Assembly (NCBI GenBank): GCA_963803805.1 | Contig: CAWDOD010000004.1 | Location: 427,108-491,107 of the forward strand | Length of the DNA stretch: 64,000 nucleotides | Direction: 5' to 3' | Source: an uncultured cyanobacterium | Lineage (GTDB): Bacteria; Cyanobacteriota; Cyanobacteriia; Cyanobacteriales; CAWCAG01 | Part shown: positions 8,351-18,016 of the stretch, in pieces | Numbering within the stretch: the first letter of the stretch is position 1 | Layout: each line of letters begins with the position of its first letter | Notes under the pieces: model-generated | Told to the model about the DNA's origin: nothing | Seen by the model: only the letters and a program-made list of their open reading frames with translations | Databases searched by the model: none | Position numbers and translations under genes: made by a program

Positions 8351-10252
8351 TTACTCCACAGTCACTGACTTAGCTAAATTACGAGGCTGATCCACATCTA
8401 AACCCCGCCTTGCCGCAATGTGATAGGAAAGCAGTTGTAAAGGAATAACTGCCAGGATTGGGGAAAGTAACTCTTCTACTACTGGAACAGATAGAATATC
8501 ATCAAAAGTTTCCACTGCTTCAGAGTCTTCCCCTGGGGCAACACCAATTAAGCGAGAATCCCTTGCCTTGGCTTCTTGGGCATTAGAAATCACTTTCTCA
8601 TAAACCATTCCTGGCATAGCGATCGCCACTACAGGAACTTTATCATCCAACAGGGCAATGGGACCATGTTTCATTTCTCCAGCAGGGTAGCCTTCAGCGT
8701 GAATGTAGCTGATTTCTTTGAGTTTCAAAGCCCCTTCTAAAGCAATGGGGTAGTTGATGCCTCTACCTAAAAAGATGAAGTCGCGGGTATCACTAAATTC
8801 ATGGGCTAACTCTTCAATTTGCGACTCTTGGGTAGTAAGAATTTCTTCCATTTGCCCTGGTAATTGCCGTAAACCAGCGATAATTACTCCTAAACGTTCT
8901 GGGGTAATGGTTTTACGTTGATAAGCTAAATCTAAAGCAAGGAAGTAAAAAGCCATTAATTGGGCGTTGAAGGTTTTAGTTGCGGCGACACCAATTTCAA
9001 TACCGGCATGGGTATTAATAATTTGCCCTACCATTTGGGCAATAGTACTTTCAGGACGATTAGTAATACCTAACAAACGGGCTTGGAAATGGGGTTCTAA
9101 AGCTTTACGACGTTCCTTTTCCGTTTCTAAAGCGGCGATGGTATCGGCAGTTTCTCCTGACTGGGTTACGCCGATGGTGAGGGTATTCGCAGCGATGGGG
9201 GAAGGGGCATAACGAAATTCTGAGGAATATTGAACGATGGTGGGAATGCCTGCTAACTGTTCCAGAAGATATTTACCAACTAAACTAGCGTGCCAACTTG
9301 TGCCACAAGCGAGAATTTGGATTTGTTGAATATTTGCTACTAAGCCCTCATCTAAGGCTAAATTGATGGGAGCTACATCAGGATTTTCTTGAGGATGCCA
9401 GAGAGGGTTAAGATAAGCTTCGATACAAGTACGCACTACTCCTGGTTGCTCATAAATTTCTTTAAGCATATAGTGGCGGAAGCCTTGCTTTTCCACCAAG
9501 ATGGGGTTTAAATCTAAAGTGCGAGGAGTTTTGCGGAGGCGGTTTCCCTCTAAATCGTAGACTTCTACTCCCATGGGAGTTAGTTTGGCAATTTCCCCAT
9601 TTTCTAAGGTGAGGACGGCATGGGTATGGGGAACAATGGCGGGGGTATCAGAGGCACAGAAGAATTCTCCTTGTCCAAAACCAATGGATAAAGGTGCTTG
9701 TTGCCGCACAACAATTAATTCATCGGCGTAGTCAGCGCAAACCACAGCAATAGCAAAGGCTCCTTTAAGTTTACTAACAGCCATTCTTACGGCTTCTAAA
9801 AAGGGGCTAGGTTCGCGAAAATCAGTAGGAGGGGTTGCGGGCAAAAATTGGGAAATGAGGTGGGGAATAACTTCTGTGTCGGTTTCAGAGAGGAATTGGC
9901 AACCTTGCTTCTTCAGGCTTTCTCGTAGTTCCCGATAATTTTCCACAATACCATTTTGTACCACTGCTACTCGCTTTTTGGTATCTAAGTGGGGGTGGGC
10001 ATTATGTTCTTCTGGTTTACCGTGGGTAGCCCAACGGGTATGTCCAATACCTATTTTTGCTGGGTTGACTTCCCTTTCTACTTTTTCTCGGAGATTAAAA
10101 AGTTTACCCTTAGCCCGAACACAATTGATTTCTCCTTCTAATACCGTAGCTACTCCTGCTGAGTCATAACCGCGATATTCGAGTTTCTCCAAGCCTGCAA
10201 TTAAGATGTCGGTAGCTACTTGAGTGCCGATATAGCCCACAATTCCACACAT
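8351..10252 (-). CDS. glmS: glutamine--fructose-6-phosphate aminotransferase (isomerizing)
   Basis: N-terminal MCGIVGY (catalytic Cys must follow the initiator Met, so I place the start at 10252 rather than 10264). SIS domains. C-terminal KSVTVE. Confidence 0.95.
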   Translation of the reverse strand: MCGIVGYIGTQVATDILIAGLEKLEYRGYDSAGVATVLEGEINCVRAKGKLFNLREKVEREVNPAKIGIGHTRWATHGKPEEHNAHPHLDTKKRVAVVQNGIVENYRELRESLKKQGCQFLSETDTEVIPHLISQFLPATPPTDFREPSPFLEAVRMAVSKLKGAFAIAVVCADYADELIVVRQQAPLSIGFGQGEFFCASDTPAIVPHTHAVLTLENGEIAKLTPMGVEVYDLEGNRLRKTPRTLDLNPILVEKQGFRHYMLKEIYEQPGVVRTCIEAYLNPLWHPQENPDVAPINLALDEGLVANIQQIQILACGTSWHASLVGKYLLEQLAGIPTIVQYSSEFRYAPSPIAANTLTIGVTQSGETADTIAALETEKERRKALEPHFQARLLGITNRPESTIAQMVGQIINTHAGIEIGVAATKTFNAQLMAFYFLALDLAYQRKTITPERLGVIIAGLRQLPGQMEEILTTQESQIEELAHEFSDTRDFIFLGRGINYPIALEGALKLKEISYIHAEGYPAGEMKHGPIALLDDKVPVVAIAMPGMVYEKVISNAQEAKARDSRLIGVAPGEDSEAVETFDDILSVPVVEELLSPILAVIPLQLLSYHIAARRGLDVDQPRNLAKSVTVE

Positions 10253-10423
10253 GATCCCCTTCACTCCTACTCTGGTTTCGATTCAGACTTCAAACATTTT
10301 AGGTGGTATTCGGGATAATTGATAATTGACAATTATTGAATCTGTGTGTCTTTTGATACCTTTACTAAATCAGCAAATAGCCATTAACGGGGAAATCTGA
10401 CTGTTTGGGAAGGCGATCGCAAT

Positions 10424-12310
10424 TCAGCTATTCAAGTAAGTATAACTATTCAAACTACGCTCATAATTTTGCAGTAAAAGTCGCGACTCCGCTAAGGTAA
10501 TCTTCTCTTCTTGCAGGGCTTTTTCTGTACGCTGACGAATCTTCTCTATTAAAGCTTGAGCATCATATTCTACATAACTGAGAACCTCAGCGATTCCATC
10601 CCCTTTCACAACTCTTTCTACTTCATAACCTTTGGCTGTCGTTTTAATATGCACTAAATTAGTACTACCAAATAGGTTATGAAGATTGCCCATAATTTCT
10701 TGATAAGCTCCAACTAAAAACATTCCTAAACAGTATTGAGAGTTATTTTTTAAGGGGTGAAGTTCTAAAAGGTTTTTAGGTTTATGGGTATCAATGAATT
10801 GGTCAATTTTGCCGTCACTATCGCAAGTCAAGTCTGCCAGAAAGCCTTTTTGGGTGGGCTTTTCTCCTAAGCGATGGATGGGCATAATGGGAAAAAGTTG
10901 GTTAATTGCCCAGGTGTCAGGGGCTGAACGAAAAACAGAAAGGTTTATATGATAAATAGATGCTAAAGATTGAGCTAAATTCTGCAAATCTTCAGGAACA
11001 TATTCTTGATGTTCGGTAATTTGAAAAATCTTTTCGCAACAAGCCCAATATAACTGTTCTGCCCTTGCCCTTTGTTGCAAACTTAAATAACCAAAACTAA
11101 ATAAACTAATTGCTTCTTCTTTGAACTGAATAGCATCGTGGTAACTTTCTTGATAATTTTCTAGGTTAATTGTGTGATAAGTTTCCCAGAGATTGCGAAT
11201 AATTAAATGTTCTTTTTCGGTTAAAACTTGAGGTGGTTGAGAAAGGATATCACTGGTATCAAGAACATCAAAAATAAGTATCGATTGATGGGAAGCGATC
11301 GCCCTGCCACTTTCGCTAATCAAAATCGGCGCAGCTATATTTCTTTCTTCACAAACTTCAGATACTTCTGCCACAATATCGTTGGCATAGTTTTGCATAT
11401 TATAGTTTTTGGAACCATGAAAGTTCGTTTTAGAGCCATCATAATCTACTCCCAAACCACCACCCACATCAAGGTATTGCATATTTGCCCCTAACTTCAC
11501 TAGTTCCCCGTAAATCTGACTAGCTTCGCGAATAGCATCTTTAATGACACTAATGGCGGAAATTTGCGAACCAATATGGAAGTGAAGAAGTTGCAAACAG
11601 GACAACATTTCTGCTTTGTCTAATTGCTTAACCACTTCTAAAATTTGCGGTATGGTTAAGCCGCACTTTGCCCCGTCTCCAGTAGAATTGCCCCAATGCC
11701 CTGAACCTCTACTGTTGAGTTTCGCCCTTACCCCCAAAGTGGGGGCAATACCTAGTTTTTGACTAATTTCTAAAACTAAAGCTAATTCCGATTGCTGTTC
11801 AATGACAATTACCGGATTTTGCCCTAGACGCTTTGCTAACAAGGCAGTTTCTAAGTAGGCATAGTCTTTATAGCCATTACAAATTAATAGTGCTTCTGAA
11901 GGTTCTAAAGTTGCTAGGGCGATGGTTAATTCTGGTTTTGAACCTGTTTCTAAACCAAACTGGTAGGGTTTACCAAAATGAACTAAATCTTCAATGAGAT
12001 AGCTATGTTGATTGCATTTAACCGGATAAACACCGCGATAGGTATTTGGATAGTTATATCTAGCGATCGCCTTAGCAAAACAGCTATTTAAACGTTTGAG
12101 GCGAGTAGCCAGGATATCCGGGAAGCGAATCAGTAAAGGAAGTTCAATATCCCTTTCTTGTAAGGATTGTACCAATTCCCACAAATCTAAAACCTGACTG
12201 GAATCCCCTTGAGGAGAAACTATCACATGACCATGAGAATTAATACTAAAGTAAGGTTCTCCCCAACTTTGAATGCGATATAATTTTTGACTATCTTCAA
12301 TAGACCACAT
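10424..12310 (-). CDS. speA: biosynthetic arginine decarboxylase
   Basis: 628 aa. N-terminus WSIEDSQKLYRIQSWGEPYFSIN and PLP-fold region YPVKCNQ, LQLLHFHIGSQ, typical of SpeA. Confidence 0.9.
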   Translation of the reverse strand: MWSIEDSQKLYRIQSWGEPYFSINSHGHVIVSPQGDSSQVLDLWELVQSLQERDIELPLLIRFPDILATRLKRLNSCFAKAIARYNYPNTYRGVYPVKCNQHSYLIEDLVHFGKPYQFGLETGSKPELTIALATLEPSEALLICNGYKDYAYLETALLAKRLGQNPVIVIEQQSELALVLEISQKLGIAPTLGVRAKLNSRGSGHWGNSTGDGAKCGLTIPQILEVVKQLDKAEMLSCLQLLHFHIGSQISAISVIKDAIREASQIYGELVKLGANMQYLDVGGGLGVDYDGSKTNFHGSKNYNMQNYANDIVAEVSEVCEERNIAAPILISESGRAIASHQSILIFDVLDTSDILSQPPQVLTEKEHLIIRNLWETYHTINLENYQESYHDAIQFKEEAISLFSFGYLSLQQRARAEQLYWACCEKIFQITEHQEYVPEDLQNLAQSLASIYHINLSVFRSAPDTWAINQLFPIMPIHRLGEKPTQKGFLADLTCDSDGKIDQFIDTHKPKNLLELHPLKNNSQYCLGMFLVGAYQEIMGNLHNLFGSTNLVHIKTTAKGYEVERVVKGDGIAEVLSYVEYDAQALIEKIRQRTEKALQEEKITLAESRLLLQNYERSLNSYTYLNS

Positions 12311-12330
12311 GAGGGATAGTTATCAGTTAT

Positions 12331-12378
12331 CAATGATGCCTAACGGCAACGGCAAGCCGAACAATGATCAGTTACTAG
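12331..12378 (+). repeat. dispersed ~45-nt repeat, copy B (CAATGATGCCTAACGGCAACGGCAAGCCGAACAATGATCAGTTA)
   Basis: Closest to the consensus. Lies in the divergent speA / 12455 intergenic region. Confidence 0.55.
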
Positions 12379-12454
12379 CAACTAGCCATTGATCATTTTA
12401 TTAACAAAGAATAAACTGATATGGTCACATTATCGAACATTTAGTAGGTAAAGG

Positions 12455-13084
12455 GTGAGAGCATCAATGCTCAGTTCAACAAATAATTCTCTACCAAAAC
12501 AAGAAAGTCCTAATATTGTCAAAAAGCTAGTCAGTCATTATCCTGTGGCTTTTTTTACTACCATAGGCATTTCCGTAGCCATTGTGGGAATTAGTGCTAT
12601 GACTGCACTATTAGATCCTGGGGAAATTGAACCTCCTGCTTCGCGATCTTTACCTTCCCCAACAGTTTTTGAAGAACCTGAACCAGAATATAATCTACCT
12701 CCTTTGTGGTTAATTGGGGCGATTATAACTAGTGGAGTAGTGGGTGTTGTTTTGGTGAGGCAGGGCTGGAAACATAAAGCTTTGTTAATTAAGCCCCTCA
12801 AAAACTTAAAATTCAACCTGCCCAAACCGCAGAAGAAGCGGCGAATTGTTCGTAAAAAGCGCCCGAAAGCAAGTTTAAACCTGCCTCAGATTTCTGCTGG
12901 TTATAATCAACAACCAAACCTAGAACCACAAGTTACAGTACTACCTCCTCATCAACCCAACTCTTTAGATGACAAAAAACAAACTTTAGCCGAAGAAATG
13001 GACTTGCGTAAGGAGTATTCTCTGATTTCCTTAATGCGGACAGGAGAACTTAAAAAATCTCAGCAAATAGAATTAACCCCTTGA
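12455..13084 (+). CDS. hypothetical membrane-anchored protein (Pro-rich, basic cluster)
   Basis: 209-aa ORF with two hydrophobic helices and a KPQKKRRIVRKKRPK stretch. GTG start listed; an ATG at 12467 is possible. Confidence 0.4.
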   Translation: MRASMLSSTNNSLPKQESPNIVKKLVSHYPVAFFTTIGISVAIVGISAMTALLDPGEIEPPASRSLPSPTVFEEPEPEYNLPPLWLIGAIITSGVVGVVLVRQGWKHKALLIKPLKNLKFNLPKPQKKRRIVRKKRPKASLNLPQISAGYNQQPNLEPQVTVLPPHQPNSLDDKKQTLAEEMDLRKEYSLISLMRTGELKKSQQIELTP

Positions 13085-13156
13085 CAGAAGAATAATTCTC
13101 ATCTTAACTCCTAGTATCGATATGGGCTGCGATCGCTCTTTCTATATAGGAAGGTT

Positions 13157-14401
13157 TTGGCTATGGGTAATCCTTTTACTAATTGGTTGTATTCTCTTAA
13201 GTTTCGTGGTGCTTTGAAACAAGGCAACGAAAGAAAAGCGAAACAAATTTTGCAGGAAAGGGAAGGGGCAGGGGCTAAACTTTCTTTGTTACAACAGATT
13301 TATCGTAAACAGTTAAAGACAGAACAATCTTTAGATTTTTATAAGCGAGAGTTAGCCACAGCATCAGGGCGTTGGCAACATGATTTACCAGAAGAAGTTT
13401 CTCAACCGAGGCAAGAAAATTTAGTTTCTCCCAACTCAGAATTTATTCATTTTATTCATACAAGCTACAAAATTGTTCAACAAGGTGAACATGAATTGCT
13501 TTGTACCGGCATAGAAAAACGAACTTTTAGAGAGTTTGAATCAGCCTTAGCAGACTTTCTACAAAAAGAATTTGCTAAAGTGCCAGAAAGCAGACTTAAA
13601 GAAGAATTGAGTTTAGCTATAAACGATTTCCAACATGAACAAGAATATAATTTTAAGCTTAGTCCTCACACTTACTTAATGAGCGGTTTTTTGGATAATG
13701 TTTATAGTAATTATCTCGCTTGGTTTTTGATTTATGAAGCAGGTTTAATGCCCCAAACTATTCGGTTACTAGATATCGGGGCAGGGGTAGGAAATGTAGT
13801 TTACGGGTTGGCTTTACTTTTAGAAAGTACTAAATATTTTTCAAGGATGCCACGTTTACATATTTCCTATTACTCGTTAGAAAAACAATCTTTGCTTCAA
13901 TTAAGAGGATTGCAATTTTGGCGCAATTACCTAGAATCACACCAAGCTGTAACTAATACTTATTTCCGCCTCGACACTACCGATATTCTTACCTATGATC
14001 CTAAAACCAGTTCTATACCTAATAATTTCTTCGATTTTATTGTTATTTCCCACTACTCTTTTTCAGAAGTAGCACAGCAAGAAAAAATTAATCAGATTTA
14101 TCAACAAATTTGGCAAGCAAGTTTAGCCGATAACGGTTATGTTTTGCTTATAATAGATAGAAAAAATTTGGGGAGTGACCAAGATGATTCTCAAAAAGAA
14201 AGTTGTGATACAGAAGATAGTTTAATAATTCATTTACTAACAGAATTGGGTTTAAGTTTAGAATGGTATAAGCATATTAGTTCTACCCAAGATAGTTTAG
14301 TAGAAAAACAATATCTTAATCCTCTTAAATCTCAATACTTACAAGAGGAAATCAAGCCATATTATAGCATTGATGACTATATAATTTTAGCTAAAAAGTA
14401 A
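13157..14401 (+). CDS. hypothetical protein, possible SAM-methyltransferase fold
   Basis: 414 aa. LLDIGAGVGNVVYGL resembles SAM-binding motif I. No further assignment possible. Confidence 0.45.
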   Translation: MAMGNPFTNWLYSLKFRGALKQGNERKAKQILQEREGAGAKLSLLQQIYRKQLKTEQSLDFYKRELATASGRWQHDLPEEVSQPRQENLVSPNSEFIHFIHTSYKIVQQGEHELLCTGIEKRTFREFESALADFLQKEFAKVPESRLKEELSLAINDFQHEQEYNFKLSPHTYLMSGFLDNVYSNYLAWFLIYEAGLMPQTIRLLDIGAGVGNVVYGLALLLESTKYFSRMPRLHISYYSLEKQSLLQLRGLQFWRNYLESHQAVTNTYFRLDTTDILTYDPKTSSIPNNFFDFIVISHYSFSEVAQQEKINQIYQQIWQASLADNGYVLLIIDRKNLGSDQDDSQKESCDTEDSLIIHLLTELGLSLEWYKHISSTQDSLVEKQYLNPLKSQYLQEEIKPYYSIDDYIILAKK

Positions 14402-14411
14402 TACGACTCTG

Positions 14412-14446
14412 TTGACTATTGACTATTGACTATTCCCTATTCCCTC
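14412..14446. repeat. STRR-like heptamer tract (TTGACTA x3, TTCCCTA, TTCCCTC)
   Basis: Tandem 7-mers between convergent genes. On the minus strand they encode the last residues (GIGNSQ) and the stop of the acetyltransferase. Confidence 0.7.
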
Positions 14447-14998
14447 TTTAATAACTCGACAAGGATTACCTACTGCAATAACATTATTTGGTATATCCTT
14501 CGTCACAACACTACCTGCACCGATAGTTACATTTGAACCAATAGAAACTCCAGGACAAATAATTACTCCACCACCAATCCAAACATTATCTCCAACTTTA
14601 ATAGGTGCAGCTAGTTCTTTACCAGACAATCTAACTTGGGGGTTAGTAGGATGATAAGCCGTATAAATTTGTACTTTTGGTGCTAATAAAACATTATCTC
14701 CGAAGTGTACTGTATTGCAATCGAGAATTGTACAATCATAATTTGTATAAAAGTTATCACCAGCAAAAATATGACAGCCGTAATCACAGTAAAACGGAGG
14801 ATTAATGATGGGATTTGTACCAACTTTACCAAACAAACTACGAACAATCTCTTTTCGCTTATTTACTTCATGGGGTTGAGAAAAATTGAAAGAGTACATT
14901 AGCTGACACGCTTTTTCGTGCATCATTGCTAATTCTTTGTCTGTAGGCAAATATAACTCTTCGCTGAGCATTTTCTCCCTTTCTGTTTTTTCTTTCAT
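14423..14998 (-). CDS. sugar O-acetyltransferase (maltose/galactoside acetyltransferase family, left-handed beta-helix)
   Basis: 191 aa. Mac-type N-terminus (MLSEELY) and hexapeptide repeats (GDNVWIGGGVIICPGVSIGSNVTIGAGSVV). Confidence 0.85.
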   Translation of the reverse strand: MKEKTEREKMLSEELYLPTDKELAMMHEKACQLMYSFNFSQPHEVNKRKEIVRSLFGKVGTNPIINPPFYCDYGCHIFAGDNFYTNYDCTILDCNTVHFGDNVLLAPKVQIYTAYHPTNPQVRLSGKELAAPIKVGDNVWIGGGVIICPGVSIGSNVTIGAGSVVTKDIPNNVIAVGNPCRVIKEGIGNSQ

Positions 14999-15741
14999 AA
15001 AGCATCCTTAATAACAGAATCAATCAACTTTTGCATTTGTTCATAATGAGAACCTCGCCAGTAAATTTGATCGCATTTATTACAACGGTGGAACTCATTA
15101 ATATATTGTCTAGTTTTTGGGGGGATACGCTCAAAAACCTCCTCTTTTTCAACTGCTTCCAAACTCCCATTACAACGAATACAACGTCGGAAAGGTTGTA
15201 TTAAATTACTAAGCTTGAAACGCTTCAAAACCTCCGTTAATTGTTCTTCTGGATTAGTAGAACGAACATAATAACCGTGGGTAACTAAGCTACGCATTAA
15301 TAGCCCCGTATCGCGAGTTAATAAAATGCGATTTTCGCGATCAGAAATTATTGCTAACTCCTCGTCATCGTAATCATTACGATACCAAGTATCAAAACCC
15401 AACATCCGCAAAGAAGAAGCAAGCTTACCTAAGTGAACATCTAAAATAAAAGTAATAGTTTGCGGTAAATCTGGTCTTAATTTGATTAAGGAAATATTTT
15501 CTGGGTTTAATGAAATTGGATAAACTTCAATGGAATCGCCATCTTTAACGGAATAAGAAAAATCTACACTTTGCCCATTAACTACAATTTTATCAACTTC
15601 AGTATGAGGAACGCCCAAAGACTCTATAGTATCTTTAATAGAAGGGTATTTTTTAAAATCGTAGTCAAAACTAACTTCCTTCTTTCGAGAAAGCAAAAAG
15701 AAGTTCAACTCCCCATAAAACCTATAATTTGCTTTAAACAT
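14995..15741 (-). CDS. Mut7-C RNase domain protein with N-terminal ubiquitin-like domain
   Basis: 248 aa. ILDVHLGKLASSLRMLGFDT (PIN-like Mut7-C core) and a C-terminal zinc-ribbon pair, CIRCNG...CNKCDQIYW. Confidence 0.7.
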   Translation of the reverse strand: MFKANYRFYGELNFFLLSRKKEVSFDYDFKKYPSIKDTIESLGVPHTEVDKIVVNGQSVDFSYSVKDGDSIEVYPISLNPENISLIKLRPDLPQTITFILDVHLGKLASSLRMLGFDTWYRNDYDDEELAIISDRENRILLTRDTGLLMRSLVTHGYYVRSTNPEEQLTEVLKRFKLSNLIQPFRRCIRCNGSLEAVEKEEVFERIPPKTRQYINEFHRCNKCDQIYWRGSHYEQMQKLIDSVIKDAL

Positions 15742-15816
15742 TGATCATTTATCATTAATGATAGCTTTTCTTTCGTCTAAGCTAAGTAGTGCAAGATTCG
15801 ATTTACCCATTACCCA

Positions 15817-16323
15817 TTACTTATCCCCATTCCCACCACCTTGAATATGAACTAAATTATCAAGATTATCCCCATTGATTTTATAAGCAGCACCAAAACC
15901 AACTACAAATTTACCTTCCGTTGGAGTTAGTTGAAAAATACGAAAATCAGGTAAATCTCGGAAAACATTAATCAATTCTCCAAAGCGTTTCTCAAAAAGA
16001 TCAGCTAATTTATGCCACTCTTGGCTTTCCCTAATTATTAATTCCGCAATACAATCAAAAGTCAAGCGGCGACGAGCAAAAACTTGTTGACTTTTAGACT
16101 CATCCTCGATAAACATAACACTTACTTTACCAACAGCAGATAAATTGCGAGTATGGGTAGAAAGACCACTTACAAAAATATAAAAGTTTTTTGATTCATC
16201 TTCGACAAAAGGTGCATAACTAGCATTAGGTTTACCTTCCGTATTCACTGTACTAAGAATAATACTTTCAAACAAGCTGGTAAAATCTTGATAAGCAGCT
16301 TGTGCCTGTTTAATGTCGCTCAT
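15817..16323 (-). CDS. pyridoxamine 5'-phosphate oxidase-fold protein (HugZ/HutZ-like)
   Basis: 168 aa. Split-barrel-like pattern (ILSTVNTEGKPNASYAPF...FIFVSGLSTHTRNL). Function not assignable. Confidence 0.55.
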   Translation of the reverse strand: MSDIKQAQAAYQDFTSLFESIILSTVNTEGKPNASYAPFVEDESKNFYIFVSGLSTHTRNLSAVGKVSVMFIEDESKSQQVFARRRLTFDCIAELIIRESQEWHKLADLFEKRFGELINVFRDLPDFRIFQLTPTEGKFVVGFGAAYKINGDNLDNLVHIQGGGNGDK

Positions 16324-16428
16324 GAATTTTGTTAGAAACTGTAAACTTTCAACGATTTTAACAGCATTAAGTTGAGGGATAATTTTGATAAAAGGTTATC
16401 CTTATACCCCTTACCCTAACTAAACCCA

Positions 16429-16737
16429 GTGTTTAAATTCCTCAACTCACTCCTCAACAGACATCCAGAACAAGTTAAAGCCAACGTAGAAATCTATACT
16501 TGGCAAACCTGTCCTTATTGTATTCGTGCCAAAATGCTTTTGTGGTGGAAAGGTGTTAACTTCACAGAATATAAAATTGACGGCAACGAAGAAGCAAGAA
16601 ACCAAATGGCCCAACGTGCCAACAATAAACGGAGTGTACCGCAGATTTTTATTAATAACCAACATATCGGTGGTTGTGATGATCTTTATGCTTTGGATAG
16701 TCAAGGAAAGTTACAACCTTTGTTGGCTGATAGCTAG
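16429..16737 (+). CDS. grxC: glutaredoxin (GrxC type)
   Basis: CPYC active site, SVPQIFI and GGCDDL motifs. The listed start is GTG, so the true start is uncertain. Confidence 0.85.
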   Translation: MFKFLNSLLNRHPEQVKANVEIYTWQTCPYCIRAKMLLWWKGVNFTEYKIDGNEEARNQMAQRANNKRSVPQIFINNQHIGGCDDLYALDSQGKLQPLLADS

Positions 16738-16825
16738 TTGCTAGTTGCTAATAGGAAACAGACTAAAGATAATACTTTTTCCCCATTTCCCCCTGCTGCC
16801 TACTCCCTACTCCCTTCCATTAAGT

Positions 16826-17311
16826 ATGATTCCTGATGAAGCCAGCTATTTAATTCATAGACGTTGGATGGGTAGGGCTTTGGAACTTGCTAAAGAAGCG
16901 GGTGAAGGGGGTGATGTACCTGTAGGTGCATTGGTAACAGATGGGGCAGGAAAACTGCTTGCCGAAGCTAGCAACCGTAAAGAACAAGATCAAGATCCTA
17001 CAGCACACGCAGAGATATTGGCTTTGCGTTCAGCCGCTTTAACTTTAGGTAACTGGCATCTTAACCAATGTACCCTATATGTGACCCTAGAACCTTGTCC
17101 TATGTGTGCTGGGGCAATTATTCAAGGACGGCTAGGTTTGCTCGTTTATGGGGCAGATGACCCCAAAACAGGAACCATTCGCACTGTTGCTAACTTTCCT
17201 GACAGTCCTTTCTCTAACCACCGTTTGTCCGTCATCGCTGGTGTCAGGGAAGCAGAATGCCGCAAGCAGCTAAAAAGTTGGTTTATGCAAAAGAGAATTA
17301 GTAATCAATAA
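16826..17311 (+). CDS. tadA: tRNA adenosine(34) deaminase
   Basis: CMP/dCMP deaminase zinc motifs HAE and PCPMCAGA. I prefer the ATG at 16826 (MIPDEASY) over the TTG at 16745. The stop lies inside dispersed repeat copy C. Confidence 0.85.
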   Translation: MIPDEASYLIHRRWMGRALELAKEAGEGGDVPVGALVTDGAGKLLAEASNRKEQDQDPTAHAEILALRSAALTLGNWHLNQCTLYVTLEPCPMCAGAIIQGRLGLLVYGADDPKTGTIRTVANFPDSPFSNHRLSVIAGVREAECRKQLKSWFMQKRISNQ

Positions 17312-17351
17312 TGCCTAACGGCAACTGTAAGCCGAACAGTTACCAGTTATC
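17306..17351 (+). repeat. dispersed ~45-nt repeat, copy C (CAATAATGCCTAACGGCAACTGTAAGCCGAACAGTTACCAGTTATC)
   Basis: Begins at the tadA stop codon, on the same strand as the other copies. Confidence 0.55.
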
Positions 17352-17439
17352 TTAGTTGTTACTTAACTTCATAATTATTTTGACAGCTTACTAGTACATA
17401 AGTACTATAATGTGAACGATAACTACCTCCGCATTAATT

Positions 17440-17922
17440 ATGAAAGTAGTCTGCCCCCAAAAAGCTAACCCTGTTGAAACAAGAAGGGAGGAAACAAAGA
17501 CTTTTCAGACATCTTCTCAAGTAATTCAGTCTTTACCCATAGAGAAATTTGCAGTACAAAGAGGTACGACAATCAAGCAACGGTTAGGAGAAAGCTTAGA
17601 AGATTTAGAAACCCAAGTACAACAGGTTAACTTATTATCTGTTCAACTAGAAAAATCTGTTTTACGTTTAAAAGCGATCGCCGATTATATTGACTTGTCT
17701 AGTCGTTATCTTAGTCCCCGCCAAAGCCAAAGAAAACACGTGAGTATTTGCGAATATCCTTCTACCCAAATCCCCACTATTAGACAAAAAAACGATGGCC
17801 ACTTTGTTTTAGTATCTCGTCATATTGATATATTTAAAGCTGAACGCGAAGCTCGTTCTGTTGCTCAAATGCTGCGACGATGGACTCATAAAAAGCGTAA
17901 GATTCCTAGAAAAGAAGAGTAA
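17440..17922 (+). CDS. hypothetical protein
   Basis: 160-aa ORF, basic C-terminus, no motif recognised. Confidence 0.4.
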   Translation: MKVVCPQKANPVETRREETKTFQTSSQVIQSLPIEKFAVQRGTTIKQRLGESLEDLETQVQQVNLLSVQLEKSVLRLKAIADYIDLSSRYLSPRQSQRKHVSICEYPSTQIPTIRQKNDGHFVLVSRHIDIFKAEREARSVAQMLRRWTHKKRKIPRKEE

Positions 17923-17935
17923 AATATTTAAGTAG

Positions 17936-17965
17936 CAAGTAATAAACTTTACTTGTTATTTATAT
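17936..17965 (+). terminator. possible terminator hairpin between convergent genes
   Basis: CAAGTAA-taaact-TTACTTG followed by TTATTTAT. TTACTTGTTA occurs again 20 nt later. Confidence 0.3.
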
Positions 17966-18016
17966 CTATTACTTGTTACTTCTCTTCTGCTTTCCAATGT
18001 TTAATAATAAATGATA

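Noticed and set aside
14412-14446. Heptamer tracts (here and at 48460, 53602, 62135) as CRISPR-like arrays
   Set aside because: The units are 7 nt and directly tandem, with no spacers. No cas genes occur in the window.
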